Source of the DNA: the human T2T-CHM13v2.0 reference genome, Homo sapiens
Assembly: GCF_009914755.1 (NCBI RefSeq)
Contig: NC_060929.1
Reading direction: 5' to 3' (one strand)
Length of the DNA: 64,000 nucleotides
Position numbers and translations under genes: made by a program. Below are positions 30,121-58,619 of this stretch, piece by piece (position 1 is the stretch's first letter; every line of letters starts with the position of its first letter). A model generated the notes under the pieces. It saw only the letters and a program-made list of their open reading frames with translations, did no database searches and was not told where the DNA came from.

Positions 30121-30391
<271 letters not shown>

Positions 30392-31417
30392 TTAGTGAAA
30401 ACGGCATCAGAGCGGAAGTTGTGGTGAGCGTGGTCTTGGGGTAAGAAACCCTAAACAATTCTTCATGGGACATTAAGGAGGCCACATGTGCTCTTAAGAA
30501 AGGCATCTCACTTCCCTGTCCCTCAGTTGCCCTCTCAGAATATCAAAATGGGCACTAAATTAGATGATCCGTGGTTCCTTCCAGCTCTAAGAGCCCTGAT
30601 TCTCCGTGATCTAAAAGGAATCCTTTAGCGCCCACTACGGATTAAAATAAAGTCTTGGGGAAGATCGATCCTGGGATCGAGCTCATATATAATTCTCTTT
30701 CATCTTCTACTTCCTTTGAAATAAAAATAAAATAAAACTGAGGCCCAAAATGCAGAATTAACAGTCCCATGAATCCCTTAAAAACGGTCAGCGGCACAGG
30801 TAAAAGGAAGGAGGCTCCAAAAGATCCGAATGACCTGGGTTCTCTCCTCAGCCCTGGGCAGTTCTCCAGGTTTCCCCTGGAGAAAAACACTCCGCTGGCA
30901 TTGCAGTCATGAAATACCTGCCTGCGCCACCCTGGCTCCATATGCAGCTTCACAACATTTGCAGTGCTGCCCTCAGGAGTGCCTTTCCCTGGTCTCCAAG
31001 AGGCTGGAAACGGTCACCACCGTTTCTGCTGGAAGCTACTGTGCACCTCCCGGCCCCATGGAGCTTAGGGTGAGCCTCTGAAAGTCCCACTGCGCTCTAG
31101 AGAAGGCAGCCCAGGAACTCAAGCTCTGGTCCTGGTCTCAAATTTCTGGCCCCAGTCCTGCGGGACGGGGAGCGCGTCCTGAACAAGAAGAGAGAAGAAA
31201 GGAGAGTCTCTTTTCTCAAAAACTGTCTTCCTCACCTCAGCAATAGAGGCCCCTCTCTGCCCCACGGCTAGATGGGCTTCTCCCTCCTCCAGCCAGGTCC
31301 GCAAGCCCAGCCTGGAAAATCGCCTGGATAACTCTGATCAATCGCCGTTCGCTGGAGCCCTGGCAGTGCGGGGATCCGGGACGCGCCTGTCTGGGAATTC
31401 TCCGGCCAAGCACTCAC

Positions 31418-31511
31418 CCAGTGTAGATATTGTCAGGATTTTGGCAGCCTCTGAGAGCAGGACCCCAGAAAGAAGGAAGGCCACTAGAAGCAGCACCCGC
31501 TGCCCAACCAT
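31418..31511 (-). CDS. UGT3A1: UGT3A1 coding exon 1 (signal peptide; MVGQRVLLLVAFLLSGVLLSEAAKILTISTLG)
   Basis: ATG at 31511, hydrophobic signal peptide, donor G|GTGAGT at 31417; 94 nt (phase 1); lies in CpG-richer sequence. Confidence 0.96.
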
Positions 31512-31900
31512 GCTCACTTCCACAGAAGCAGCGGATCTCAGCCTGGGCTGCGCGCCCTGCGCCGGGCTAAGGACTCTGTGCGCGCCTCAGTACTCCAAAG
31601 GCACTGGCTGTGGGCCTAGGAAGAGGTAGGAGACGGATCCTGCCAATTCTCTCGCCCTTCTGTTCGTTCTCTTTCCCGCTGCCCCTCCTCCCTGGGTGCA
31701 TGCTCCATGGGATAATCTGCCCTCACCCTATCAAACTACCTGAAGTCAGTAGGAGGGGGTTGGTAACCTGATCTGTAACCTTTCTCTGCCTGCGTAATCA
31801 CAGCTGTCCTATCTGGAAAATCCTTACTAAGAGCCAGGAATGACAGGGGCCTCAGTAAATCACGTTAATGAAGGCTCCATCCCCAAGGAAACCACCTGTC
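31512..31900 (-). promoter_or_regulatory. UGT3A1 5'UTR / proximal promoter (CpG-enriched)
   Basis: GC/CpG-rich sequence (gcgcgc runs) directly upstream of the ATG in an otherwise CpG-poor window; exact TSS cannot be determined from sequence. Confidence 0.6.
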
Positions 31901-33083
31901 TTTCGTGGAGCTGTCTGAACTTATGTTACTCTGCTTCCCTTCCAGCTGCCTCTATTACCTCATAGTGCCATCTCCATGCCCCCATTTTCCCCAGAAACCT
32001 GCTGAAAATCTCTAGCTGGTGTCCCAAGCTCAAGATGTCCCTGAGAGGGAATCCCTAAGGGAAACTGATCTACCCTCTCTGAGGGCCTCTTTAGAAGATA
32101 ACATTCATGAAGAGGAGCTAGTAGTGTTCTAATTCTGAAAGTCACTCCGGGTCTGTACCTGGAGACTGAAATTCGAACACAGAGACTATGATTCTGAATG
32201 TGTATCATAAAATAGAACTAGGGATATTTTGATAATCTCCCCAAAGCACAAACTGAGAATAGCTTGTAATTCTGCCCCCTTGAAGGGTCAACCCTGGGAA
32301 AGACAGGGATCACTACACCAGGTATGGTCACCTTTGTACTCTCTATCCTCAAACCAAGACTTTCGGAAAGGCTTTCAGTGCAATTCTAGACAGACAGAGA
32401 AATCCTTCAATGGATTATATCTACCGGCTGTAATAGGCCCTTGAATTCTGCTTGTACTATTCTTGCCTTCAGTCTACAGGTATTACATTTTTAATCTGAA
32501 TTTAAAGCATTACATTTTATTTAAAGCATTACATTTGTGCATCCTTCACCTAGACATGTTCATTGTGGAGAGGGAGGAAATGAGAAAGAGAGAGAGCCAG
32601 ACAGACAGATGCACAAACATACACACACATACACTCACACACACACACACTGGGTTGGGGGAGCGAAAGGGAGAAGGGGAAAGAGAAGTGTGGAGGGGGG
32701 AAGGTTTACCAGGCTTCACAAGACTCCAGTCCATCTATTCTTATACCTTTTATAATGCATTAGCAAAATAAAGGACTTGCTATCAAGCTCCAAGCTCTTC
32801 ATTTATTCAACAATTATTCTGACAGCTAATTATTACACCAGATATGTTTGCTGGACAGGGCTAAACACAATAAGAAATGAAATACATAATATATTCATGA
32901 GAAATGCTGCCAAGAGAAAACAAACAAGGAAAGAGATATGAAAGGTCAGGTATTAGAAGTGTTAACATATTAAATAGTATGATTTAAACCAATGCTAAAA
33001 AATTATAGGAGTATGAGAGAAAAATGAGCACAAAACTTGATGATATTAAGTAGTTACTGTTGCTTTGGAGAATTTTATGTTAT

Positions 33084-33971
<888 letters not shown>

Positions 33972-34591
33972 TCTAGTAACCATGGAGGGATCCTGAGTGA
34001 AAGTGACCCAGCCTGCAGCCTCTCATCTCTCGTGTTTGGTTCCGGCTTGGGCACCTTATAGCCCAAACCAATAGGACAATTTTCTGAAGTCCAGGATCTC
34101 TTTCCTCCAGGGATCCCTGATCTTCCAAAGTTTTTCAGGGATCTAGGAGTCTGAGGTTTATATGCTGTTATTAAAAAAACAAACAAACAAACAAAAAGCT
34201 CCTTTTTTATGGGAGTTTCCACTTGTTTCCTTCAAGGAGGGCGAGCCTATCTGCTTCTGTATCAGGGATCTTGCGGTCTGAGGTTTATTTGCTGTTTAAA
34301 AAAAAACTCCTTTTTTGTGGGAGTTTCCACTCATTTCCATCAAGGAAGGTGAGCCTGTCTGCTTTTGTATCAGCAGAAAGCAGACTTCAGCTTGGACCTC
34401 CATCACTAGGTAAAGAACAGGTTTGGGATTCTGTCTTACAAATTCTTTTAAATGACTAAAATTAGCATCAACAACCAGCTGGTGTTAATTTCCCACTTAC
34501 ACTTAGAGCACTCAGAAATCATATAATTTGTGTCATTATTGTTAGTTTTGCTTAACGGTTTTGTTGTTTCTAGTTTTGTTTTGTTTTGTTT

Positions 34592-34642
<51 letters not shown>

Positions 34643-37600
34643 CGGTTCTTTCCCCTATCAGGTTTGACCAACTCCAAACCCTCTAGCTCATGAGGGTGGA
34701 ATTCTCCACTCTGAAAAACAAATAGGAGCACCTTGCTCCTCTCAGCCTTTTGTGGCATTCTCAGGTGACTGAGAATCACATGAGGGTGATGGAGAGAAGC
34801 ACTCCCTAAGATGTTCAGTGCCTCTGAATAGGTTTCCCCCTCAGGAGAACATACTTAGGGTCTAATCTCAGCTGACAGGTGCATATAAGGAGCTGACCCC
34901 TCCCACACCTTCAGCCCCTGACACATATGCCAGGTAGCCGCAACATGGGTGGACTGAACCAGTTTAGGTTGTGATGGCCCTGAAAAGCTAGGTCTGCAAG
35001 CAGCACATTTGGGGTCCAACACACATCCCAACTTGGTGAAATCCAAAAAGGAACTCTAAGTTATGGGGAATAAGGTCTCTAAGACCCCGGAGGAACATAA
35101 AGTTCCCCCTTCAGAAACTCCGGATGGGTATTGTGGCAAATAGTCATGCAAATATTTAACCAAGTGGACCACTATAACTAAAGCAGATTCTAAGTTACAA
35201 TGGCCTAAATGGGGATCTTTTGATATGCCCAAATTAGTGTAACTGTGAACCAGGATGGAAAACGCAGGCACAAAAACTAAACAGCCAGAATGGAGGAGCT
35301 ACTTTCAATGGTATCTGGAGAGTAGCAAAAGGGAGGAAGACTGAAGGCCAACAAACAACTTAGAAATGCTCATCAAGAACTCTGTAATCTTTTATCTCTC
35401 TTAAAGAGCTATTGGCATCTCCCCTACCTCCACCTCCACCCTCACTCTACCCTGACCTCTCTGAACTTCCCAGGTCAGATCTGTTCCCCCCTTCTCCTCC
35501 ATGTCTACCACTCAACAGTAGTCTGACTTCAAAGACTCCACTCCCTGATGATTCCCTGACAGCCCCAATGGCAGCATCTCATCTGGAAGATGTGAAAATG
35601 AGGGACCCTACAGGGACATCTCTCATGATCGCCCCATTTCAGGAACAACCGGTAACAGGTAAGGGATCCCTGCCAATTGTCTACCAACCCTGGTCAAAGG
35701 CTGAATTACGAGGCATAGTTAAAGAATTTCCTGACCTCCATAAAGATCCAATTGGTTTTGCCCAAAAATATGAGCTCATTATCAGAACCTATCACCCAGG
35801 TCATTCAGACCTTTATCAGCTAGTCTACATGTTGGTCTCAGAAGCTAAAGCTAAGGAATGGCTGGAAAAAGCACAGTGGTCAGACCCTATAGCAGATTTA
35901 ACCCCTGAAGGCCCAATAGAGCCAACAACCAGCCCCCGAAATCCAGAAGACAGGCATAAAGAGTCACGGGAATGAGTGACTGCTCTGTTAAATATTATTC
36001 CTTCAGTGCTCCAAAGGGTTGTGAATTGGAATAAAATCCAACAATGCTGCCAGAACCCAAATGAATCAGTTTTAAATTATTTAACATATTTTGATAAAAC
36101 TTTAAGTATTGCAGGATGTCAGTTGATTGCTTTGAAAACAATAAAAAATAATACATTATAAAATGCAAATTTCTTAAACAGACTAGATGATGATTTAGCC
36201 ACCCTTGTAAAATGGCACATGACAAATTGGGCCATGACTAGACTAATGAACTAGTTAACTTAGCTGATCAAATATCCTGCGCTATGACAAAAAAAAAAAA
36301 AAAAGGAGAAATAGAAGATTGCCCAGGTTATGCATTTACAGCTAAAGCAATTAACTTCTCAAACCTCTCAGCCCCAGAAAGACTTTAAGCTCTCTCCATC
36401 TGAAGACTCTTGCCTCCCAGTCTGTTACTACTGTAAAAGACGAGGATACCTTAAGCGAGGCTGCCTTAGGCTGAAACAAAAGAAAAGGCAGGAGAATGCA
36501 ACTCAGGAAGACTAGGGATGCTCCGAGAAAGTGCAGGGGTTTCGCTTCTCCAAATATTCTATCCTGACAAACAAATTGGGAGAGATTCATATAATAATAA
36601 ACCATGAGCTTACAACTACCTTAATTGACACAGGCATGACTATATCTCTGATAAACCCCACCTTATTTAGAAACCTCATTCTTCAGAGTAATAAAATAAT
36701 TAACATGTTGGGTGTGTCTAATAAAACAATCTCATGTTTTAGGTCAAAACTTGTACCTTATCATTTCAATGGAATCACCCCCTTGACCCAGGCTCTAAGT
36801 GTGACACGTTAAGTAGGTCCCATATATTTCTAATATGCCCTGGGGCCCCTGTCAATCTTTTGGTCTGTGATCTCCTCAACATCCATAATGCCCATATCTC
36901 TTTTTCATCAAAAGGTGAACTTTTTTAAGAATTGGAGTCAGGGGACCAAAAATACCAAATTAAAAACTGTCCTGACAATGTACCACAATTTAGCACCAAT
37001 AATGTTAAAACATCATCTTGTGACAAGGAAAGTGAAGTGGAGCAGAGAAGGAAATATTAGGGGAGAAGAAAGAACATTGGAATAAAGAGCAGAAAGCAGT
37101 AAAACTCCTTTTAGCTTCCCCAATCTTCCTGTTAACAACAGAAGCAGAGCACTTGCTAAAGGATGTCCCATCCCACTTATGGTCTCAGTCAAATACAGAT
37201 ATAGGGAATATATTCTCAGCCATTCCAATAAAGGTAGAGAAAAACCCAAAGAAACCCCTACTCAATCTTAATATCCTCTATGACAGGGAGCCATAGATGA
37301 AACTGTCCCTACCACACAAGATTATCTGAAAAAGGGGCTCATTATTTCCTGCACAAGCCTCTGCAATAGCCCTATATTCCCTGTCAAGAAACCAAGCAGG
37401 AGAAGATGGAGTCTTGTGCAGGATGCTAGGGCAATAAACAATGTCATAATACCCAGACACCCAGCAGTCCCCAACCCACACACCCTTCTATCAACTGTAC
37501 TCACACAGCCAGTATTTCTCAGTTGTGGGTCTCTGCAGTGCCTTCTTTAGTATTCCTGTAGGTCCAGACAGCCAATATTTGGATATTTGCCTTTACTTGG

Positions 37601-37697
37601 AAAGAACAACAATACACATGGACAGTAATGCCCCAAGAGTATACAGAAAGTCTCACTTACTTTTCCCAAATATTAAAAGCTGATTTAGAGGATTTAA

Positions 37698-37988
<291 letters not shown>

Positions 37989-39218
37989 AGAGGATTTAAT
38001 TTTTACCCAGGGCTCAACACTCATCCAGTATGTGCATGATCTTCTCCTTTGTTCAGACACACTGTCTTCCTCTCAAGAAGACAGTCTATATTTACTCAAA
38101 CAGTTAGCCATCAAGGGACACAAAGTGTCCAAAGACAAACTTCAGCTATATTTACTGAGACTTAAGTATTAGGGGCATATTATCTCTGTCAAAGGACTGA
38201 GTATTAACCCTGACAGTGTAAGAGGAATTTCAGCTTTCCCCATGCCTGTCACTAAGAAACAACTTAGAGGATTTTGGGGCCTGGCAGGCTATTACAGAAA
38301 CTGGATACCAACTTTCTCCCTTATGGCTCAACCTCTGTATGCCTACCTAAAAAAATGAACAACCTGATCCCATCATGTGGACTCCAGAGGGACAATCAGC
38401 TGTACAACAAATAAAGGAAATTCTAACTGATGCCTCAGCTTTAGAAAACCCAAACTACAAATTTCCTTTCTCCCTTTTTGCACACGAAATTGTGGGTACT
38501 GCATTTGGAGTACTGACCCAGAAACATGGTGATTATCAGAGACCTATTGGCAATTGTAGCCAACAGCTGGACGCTGTGGCTCAAGGGCTGCCTCCTTGTA
38601 TGACAGCAATCACAGCAATTGCCCTTCTGTACAAGTCTGTTGAAGAAATTATTATGGGTTACCCCCTTACCATTTTTGTGCTGCATTCTCTGGATACCCT
38701 TCTAAACTGTCATCATACTCAAGATCTGTCAGCTGGTCAGCCTCTTATAAATTTTGGCTTTTATTATCTCCCAATATAACTATTTCCCACTACAGTGATC
38801 TTAATCCAGCCACTCTCTTGCTGGGACTTTTCGACAAAATCCCTCATGACTATGTTGTAATGATTGACTGACTTGTTACCCCCAGGGCAGACCTACAATA
38901 GATGCCACTGGATAAAGCCAAAATAGAATGGTATACAGGTGGATCTTATTTAAGAGGAGAGGATGGAAATTTTAGAGCAGGATATGCTGTGGTTTCCTTA
39001 TGGAGGTAATTGAAGCCGGTCCTCTTCCCTAAGCCAGATCAGCTCAAGTGGAGTTGCCAAATTGATTGCCCTAACTGACTTGAGCTTGTCAACTGGCAAA
39101 AGAGAAGGCTTCAAACATTTACATTGACAGATTTTGGGGTTGCTCATGACTTTGGGATGCTATGGAAAGAGAGAGAATATTTAACCTCCTCAAAGCAACC
39201 CATAAAAAATGTACAATA

Positions 39219-39589
<371 letters not shown>

Positions 39590-42332
39590 TCACTCAAAAC
39601 TAGACTCCACAGAATCAGGGTAACCAATTGGCTGATGCCACAGCTGAAAGAGCAGCATTCAAGCCACCAGCACCAATCCAGGAAATGCCCATAAAACCTG
39701 AAACACTTAAAAACATGTTGAAAGAAACTGAGAGCACAGCTCCATCAAAGGAGAAATCCACTTGGAAACAAGCAGGGGAATACTTGACTCCCGAAACTAA
39801 AATATAGTGTGGACCTAATAATAAATCCATTATTCCAATGGCATATCAGGTGCCCTTATGGAATATATTCATAATCAAACCCATTGGAATCCAGATAAAA
39901 TGAAACCCTGGTGTAAAAAAATATTACTGGAAACCGTCCTTCATGGTGGCAAATAGTTTACTCTTGATGTGACATTTGTCCCAAATATAACCCAGGAAAT
40001 TCCCTCCATGGGGCCAAGGGTCATTTTCCTTTTCCAGCTGGACCTTTTAAGGTATTGATTGATTTTATCCAGCTGCCATCATCTCAAAATTACAAGTATG
40101 TTTTAGTAATGGTCTGCATGTTTTTCCATTGGGTTGAAGCTTTTCCCTGCAGGCAAGTAACAGCTATGGCAGCTGGAAAAAATCTACTAGAAAAAAATTA
40201 TGCCATTGTGGGGAGTCCCCTGTGAACTTCACAGTGACAGAGGAACTCATTTTACTGGCCAGGTTATTCAAAATATTTGTAAAATTCAGCCCATATGTTA
40301 ACATTTCCATTGTGTCTACCATCCCTGGTCCTCAGGCCTGGTGGAGAGGCCCAATGGAATAATTAAAACATATCTAAGTTCACGAAGGCATTTCACCTCC
40401 CCTGGCCCAAAGCACTCCCCCTAGTGCTGCTTACACCCCAATCCACCACTTTTGGTAAACATTAACTGTCCCCTTATGAAATTAGAACAGGAAGGCCATG
40501 TGTATGGAAATGAAGATAACCAATCCAACTTTTCTCAAGGGAGATATATTGCAATATTGTGAGGGACTCATTTATCATCTCTTCAAAAAGCCAAGATTTA
40601 GTAAAGAATTCCTTTTACAGTGTGCTCCCAGAAGATGAGATGCCTCATCATGATCTGCAACCCAGAGATTTTGTCTATTGGAAAAGACATCTAATAAAGG
40701 ATTCCCTTCAACCACAATGGAAGGTCCCATACCAGGTACCATTGACAAATCCATGTGCTGCAAAATTAGCGGGTTTAGACTCATGGATTCACATCTCTCA
40801 TCTTAGAAAGGCACAACCTCCTGAGTGGACTGTAACTCCCAACAAAGACCTTTACCTCCAGTTTACTAAACATCAATCTTCAACCCAGGATTAAAAGCAG
40901 ATGACAGCTGTTGTGGACTGTTTAACCCCAAGACACAGGACCAGGCATGTATACAAAGGAATGCCTGTGTTTATTGTACAATAACCATTACAATTATTGT
41001 CCATTACAATTATATATAGGATATAACAGCAACTCCTGTCTTAGAAAGAACAGGCACTTAAACTATCTGATTTAATATCCTTTAGTAACTGAAGTGAATT
41101 TCACAACCTTGCTATCATTGATCCTATGTCCCTACATCTTCTTGCCACTGCCAATCACAGATGCCAATGAAATGGACCTGTTTCTATAATGGGCTCAGGA
41201 TTATGCAGACAGATTATAAAAGGACACCTACTGGATATGTGGACTCATGCCTCTTTCCAGTGGCTCTGGTCTACCATGGTGGGTATCCCCCTTCCAAGGT
41301 CAGGACTGGATAGAATACCAAAAATTTATTACATCACAGAAAGGGTCTGGTATCCTTAGTAACGGCATAACAAAAGACAATATATAGAATTGGCCCATTA
41401 AAAACATGTTTAAGAACAAGGGACATAGGAAAAGTATTTCAATGGGAAGGATCATCTCATTAGCTCTCACTTTAGCATCCTCTCAACAAAAACAGGAAGT
41501 GGTAACCACACCCCAAACAACAGCGCATTTTCAAAATGGGATAATGCAAATTTGGGATGGATTTATCTGTCTCACCCCTTCATTTGGCCAATTCAGCCAA
41601 AATGCTTCTTTGTACTGGGAGCAAAGAAACCACACGAAGAACCTATGGCCAAAAAGTACAGGAGATATGGGGTGGATAGCTGGAGAATGCTGTGACCACA
41701 TTATCATATTACGAGACACTGACTGGCATGCCACTGATTGGGTGCAGGGACTAGGTATTTATTGAGTAGCTCCAGATGGGACATATTGGCTGTGTGGCAC
41801 TAATTTATGGCTGTGGTTACTTCCAGGGTGGTTAGGATGATGTTTTTTAGGTTATGCTTGGGTACAAGGACGAGTAATTCAAACCCTGCCAAAATCAGCA
41901 AGCCTTTTTTCTTTAAATCTTGTTGGACACATTCAGTATTCCGATGATATGATCACTTAGCTTCTGCCACCAAGTTCCCAAAGATTCAAACCAACCATTT
42001 AACCAATTGATTAGTGAGGGTTTTGGATCTGACAGGTTGGTTATCTGGGTTTTCATATTAGTCATAAGTTAGGTTATGTTCTTAGATTCATCTGGAATAT
42101 AAACACAACATTCAGTTTTTATGATAGTGCGGGTTCCCCCTTGGGCTGTCTTAAGTATATTTAAAGCCACAAGATTTGGCAGCACAGCTTTCCTCATAAA
42201 CATGACTTCATTATTTAGCAAAGAGATACTCGTGCAGCTATCATTTAGGGCTTTTTGGGTGTAGTTTATTAATGCCTCTATATGCCATTTAACATCTTCA
42301 ATACTTATCTGTGGTACAAAGATTGAAGCTAA

Positions 42333-42734
<402 letters not shown>

Positions 42735-42825
42735 TAACAATAATTTTATTCATCATATATTATTATTTAAATTTTATATTCCCAATGCTTGCTTAGATAT
42801 ATCCATGTATTTTCCATTCCCTTTA

Positions 42826-43143
<318 letters not shown>

Positions 43144-44076
43144 TGACCTTCTTCCTGGAATCACCTCTTCCTAAAGTACATCCTATAGCATTTCCTCTAT
43201 TGAGAATCAGAGAGTGAGAATTTTCTCCTTTTCTTTTCCCTGATAGTGACTTTTTTCATCCTCATAATTAAAAGATAAATTTACTACTTCTTTTTAGCAC
43301 ATTGAAGATATCTTTCCACCATCTTTTTTGTTTCCATTTTTGTGTATCATAAAAAATTGCTGGGAGTCTAACTGGGACTCCATGAATTTAATCTATCTCC
43401 CTCAGTCCCCACCCATGGCAGCTTTAAGGATGTTTCTCTTGTCATTGGGATTCTAAAATTTCTGTATAATGTATCTCTTACTTTAAACTCTTGAATCTAT
43501 GCATTGGTATCATTTTATCAGTTCTAGAAAATTATCCAAACATTTTCATTATTCCTCTACATATTTCTCTGTCCCATTTTATCTTTCCTTCCACACCCAT
43601 AATGACAGCTTCTCAGGGATAAGATTCCTTTTGTTTTTTTCTTCTCTTTTCTTTTTATGTATTTATCTATTTATCTTTTTTTTAAAACTCCTACTCTGCT
43701 CAGCACCAAGGCAGCATGCCGTGCAGATCCATGGGGGTAGGGGAGGAAGGATAGAATTGTCTCTAGTTCACCAGTAATTTGAATATGCAGCCTTTTCATC
43801 TCTGGGTTTGACATTTACCCCTTTCACAACCAAAACGTAAGTCCAAGTCTACCAGGGATCAACAAACCCTTGGAGCAAAAGATTCTTTCCTCCTTTTGCC
43901 TCCAAGTGTTCCAGCTTTTCTTTTGAATTTGGCTTGGTAATTTCTTATTATGCTGTTAGCTCTTTGATGCTTTTAAGATTTTTTTCTTTTTTAATCCAGT
44001 TTTAAAATTTATTTCCTATGGAAAAATGGTCTGAATAACTTGATATGTCAGTTGAACTTCAGTATGGAAGGAGAAG

Positions 44077-44754
44077 TATAAACCAAAAATAAAATTATAA
44101 GGCCCTCCCAACCATCTAAATCGACTTCTTCCTCAGCCAGGGTTCTTTTAAAACTTAACCTCAAAAACTGGTTCAGGCTATGACAGGAAGTGGGGGTCCA
44201 ACATGCCTCATTATACCTCTCCAGCATTAATATCAACACCGACTTTAAGTCTGAGAAGAAACACGTTAAAACCTGTTCTCTCTGAAGCCTGCTACCTGGA
44301 GGCTTGACAAAACTTTGACTTTAAGTCTGAGAAGAAACACATTAAAACCTGTTCTCTCTGAAGCCTGCTACCTGGAGGCATGATAAAACTTTGGTCTCCA
44401 CAACCTCAACCCGGACATTCCTTTCTTTGATCCCAGGTCTTTAAACAAACTCAACCATTTGTAAACCGGAAAATGTTTACATGTTTCTACATCCTGGAAG
44501 CACTATCCCGGCGCCCCCCAATCCCCCACCCCTGCCTCAAGTTGTCCTGCCTTTCTGGACCAAACCAGTGCATTTCTTAATGATGTCTCATGTCTCATGC
44601 TTTCCTAAAATGTATAAAACCAACCTGCACCCCAACCACCTTGGGCACATGTTCTCAGGACCTCCTGAGGGCTGTCATGGGCCACGGTCACTCATATTTG
44701 ACTCAGAATGAATCTCTTTACATGTTTTACAGAGTTTGACTTATTTCATTGACA
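44077..44754 (+). mobile_element. MER4E/MER4D-like solo LTR
   Basis: tataaaccaaaaataaaattataaggccctcccaaccatct...cattgaca; 4-bp TSD GAAG. Confidence 0.82.
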
Positions 44755-45494
44755 GAAGTCACATTCAGTTATTTAACTATTCAATTATTCTAACCAAGGA
44801 AATTGAAAATAAAGACTTGTTAACCAGATACTGGAGAACTGAGAAGGCAAATGAGAGACACTGAGATATTATAGTTAGTAGCTAAGGAAAGCAACTACCA
44901 CTCCTAGGCTAAGGAAACAAAAGGAAGAAGAAAGAATTGATAAAAGTTAGAGCGTTGCAGGTGGGGGTTGTGCAAGGCTTGTGGGGAAGGAGAAGAAGAA
45001 TCCTGCTTAGCTAGTATTAACGTCATAGGAACTCAGAGAGGGAATCCACAGAGCTGAAATTAGACCTCTGAGGAGGGATCACCAGCCTGCCAGTCCTTAT
45101 ATCTGTGCAGGGGCCCAGTGAGGCTAGCTCCAGTTATTTAGAAAAGCTGCAAACAGAAAACAATTCCTGGTCTTAAAACCATCACTGCTACAATTAAAAA
45201 AAAAAAAAAACATAGCTGTTGTGTTTACAAGAAGAACAGGGAGCAAGCAAGAAGGAACAAGTCCTTTTTTGCCCCTGAAGCCTTCCAGTATCCCTATATG
45301 TCCACTATTAGCAGAGCCCAATAGGGAGTGAGCTGGGATGCAATCTTCAGAGTCTTCCCCCCATGGGCTGAAGATGTAGAGTAGGACATGGAAAGGTGGG
45401 ATCAAAGCTGAGAGACAACAGCTCAATTACTGACGTAACTGGCCTGATGTTTCTGGAGCCAGAAATCCAGCTAAGTCACTTTGGGCAATATAGT

Positions 45495-51129
<5,635 letters not shown>

Positions 51130-51581
51130 GTTGTATTATATGATAATTCTCCATAATTGCCATTGAAGTATATAGAATATGTAGTTTTATGACTGTATTT
51201 GCATTTGAACATGATAAAATTTTACTCACAGCTTTAAACTTTTGAAAATATTGAATAAGGTAATTGTGAGGAAAAAAGATATTTGGTCAATTCCTTTCTT
51301 AAAGAACCAATTTTCATAATTTTTTAATTTCTTAGTTTTCATAATTCCAGTACATCCTGATATCTGTTAATGGAATCATTTCCCACAAGCTTAATATTCC
51401 ATTATACATTTGATGAAAAACAAATTATCAGCATAAGCAGTATATCCTAAATTTGTAAATTTTTGATAGATGTGAAGAATAGGAGACATGAGACTACATA
51501 CATGGTTGACTGAATTTTTTTAATTGTGGAAAAAGAGTCACTGTTTCATTCATGTTCCCTGCCATAACAGTGAATAATGTA

Positions 51582-51918
51582 TGATAAGGTTTGGCTGTGT
51601 CCACACCTAAATCTTGTCTTCAATTGTAATCCCCATAATCCACACCTGGAGGGAGGTAATTGAATCATGTGGGCAATTTCTCCCATGCTGTTCTCATGAC
51701 AGTGAGTGAATTCTCATGAGATCTGATGGTTTTATAAGCATCTGGCATTTTCCCTGTTGACACTCATTCTCTCACTGACACCCTGTGAAGAGCTGCCTTC
51801 TGCCATGATTGTAAGTTTCCTGAGGCCTCCGCAGCCTCCCCAGAAATAAATGAAAACTCTTTCATTTATAAATTACCTATTCTCAGGTATTTCTTCATAG
51901 CAGTATGAGAACAAAATA
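51582..51918 (+). mobile_element. THE1C-like solo LTR
   Basis: tgataaggtttggctgtgtcc...ttcttcatagcagtatgagaa. Confidence 0.82.
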
Positions 51919-52037
51919 AGTGACAGACAGATATAGATATGTAATGATATACAGAATTCTATAGCAAATAATCTGAAACTTGTGTGTGTGTTTTTACAGT
52001 AACAGCTTTTATAGTTGTGATTTTTTTTCATATTTCT

Positions 52038-57773
<5,736 letters not shown>

Positions 57774-58619
57774 GTCTTCTTTTGTTTTACCTATGAAACC
57801 TCACTTAGAACCTTACGAAAGTATTAAGTTTTAGTTAAAACTCAAACAAGTACATTTCTCCTTTCATTCACAACAGAGTACTTATTATAACCAGATTGTC
57901 CTTCCTACCATCGCTGCCTACAAAACTAGTCAGGTACCTAGCAGACGATTGTTTTCAAATGTTGGACAGCAAGTGGTGCAGAACTATGATGCCTGAAAAG
58001 AGGGAAATACTCGAGGAGAGCCTCGCAATGGCTCTCATTTTCTTCCCGGAGGCTCTTTCCAGACTGCTGTGCAGAGAGGAGGAACCCAGGCAGAGTACAG
58101 TGAACTTGCAGAACTGGTAAATCAGATATCAAAGTCCAGGACTGCTGGGCAGAAATACCAGTGAGAAAACTGCCATGCATGCATAAATATGTATTCAGGT
58201 CTCCTTAAAGCTTAAACCAAATCATAGATTGCAGAAGTGCAGGGTGGGATTTTTATCAAAAACAAATTATAAGCATAGTCAAAATATTCTATAGTTGCTA
58301 ATTTTTGACAGTTATGAAGCTTAGGAGATATACGAGTCTGTACATGTATTACTAATTGAAGTTTTCAAATTGTGGGAAAAGAGTCACAATTTCATTCATG
58401 TTCCCTGTCATAGTGAATAATATAGCTATCAAGTAGTAGACAGATATAGATATCTGTCTATATCTATAAAATAGAGATACCTGTCTATATCTATAAACTT
58501 TATAGCAAATAATCTGAAACTTTTGTGTATGAGTATTTCTACAATAACAGCCCTGGAAGATTTGAAATTCTATGAATCTCAGTGCTAAAAAACAGGGAAG
58601 TTCCAATGAGCCACAGTGA

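Noticed and set aside
31338-31523. ORF-track start MEVSM and C-terminal ECLAGEF...
   Set aside because: The upstream start is a GTG; the true ATG is 31511, and sequence after 31418 is intron
31585-31875. HNF4-like (ctccaaaggca) and HNF1-like (gttaatga) promoter sites
   Set aside because: Only partial consensus matches; not supportable without ChIP or motif scoring
35412-35975. 187-aa gag ORF as a domesticated gene
   Set aside because: Non-ATG start, flanked by stops and frameshifts; the rest of gag-pol is decayed
41406-41765. env ORF as a syncytin/HEMO-like co-opted gene
   Set aside because: In-frame stops upstream and downstream, CXXC mutated to YWIC, TM subunit absent
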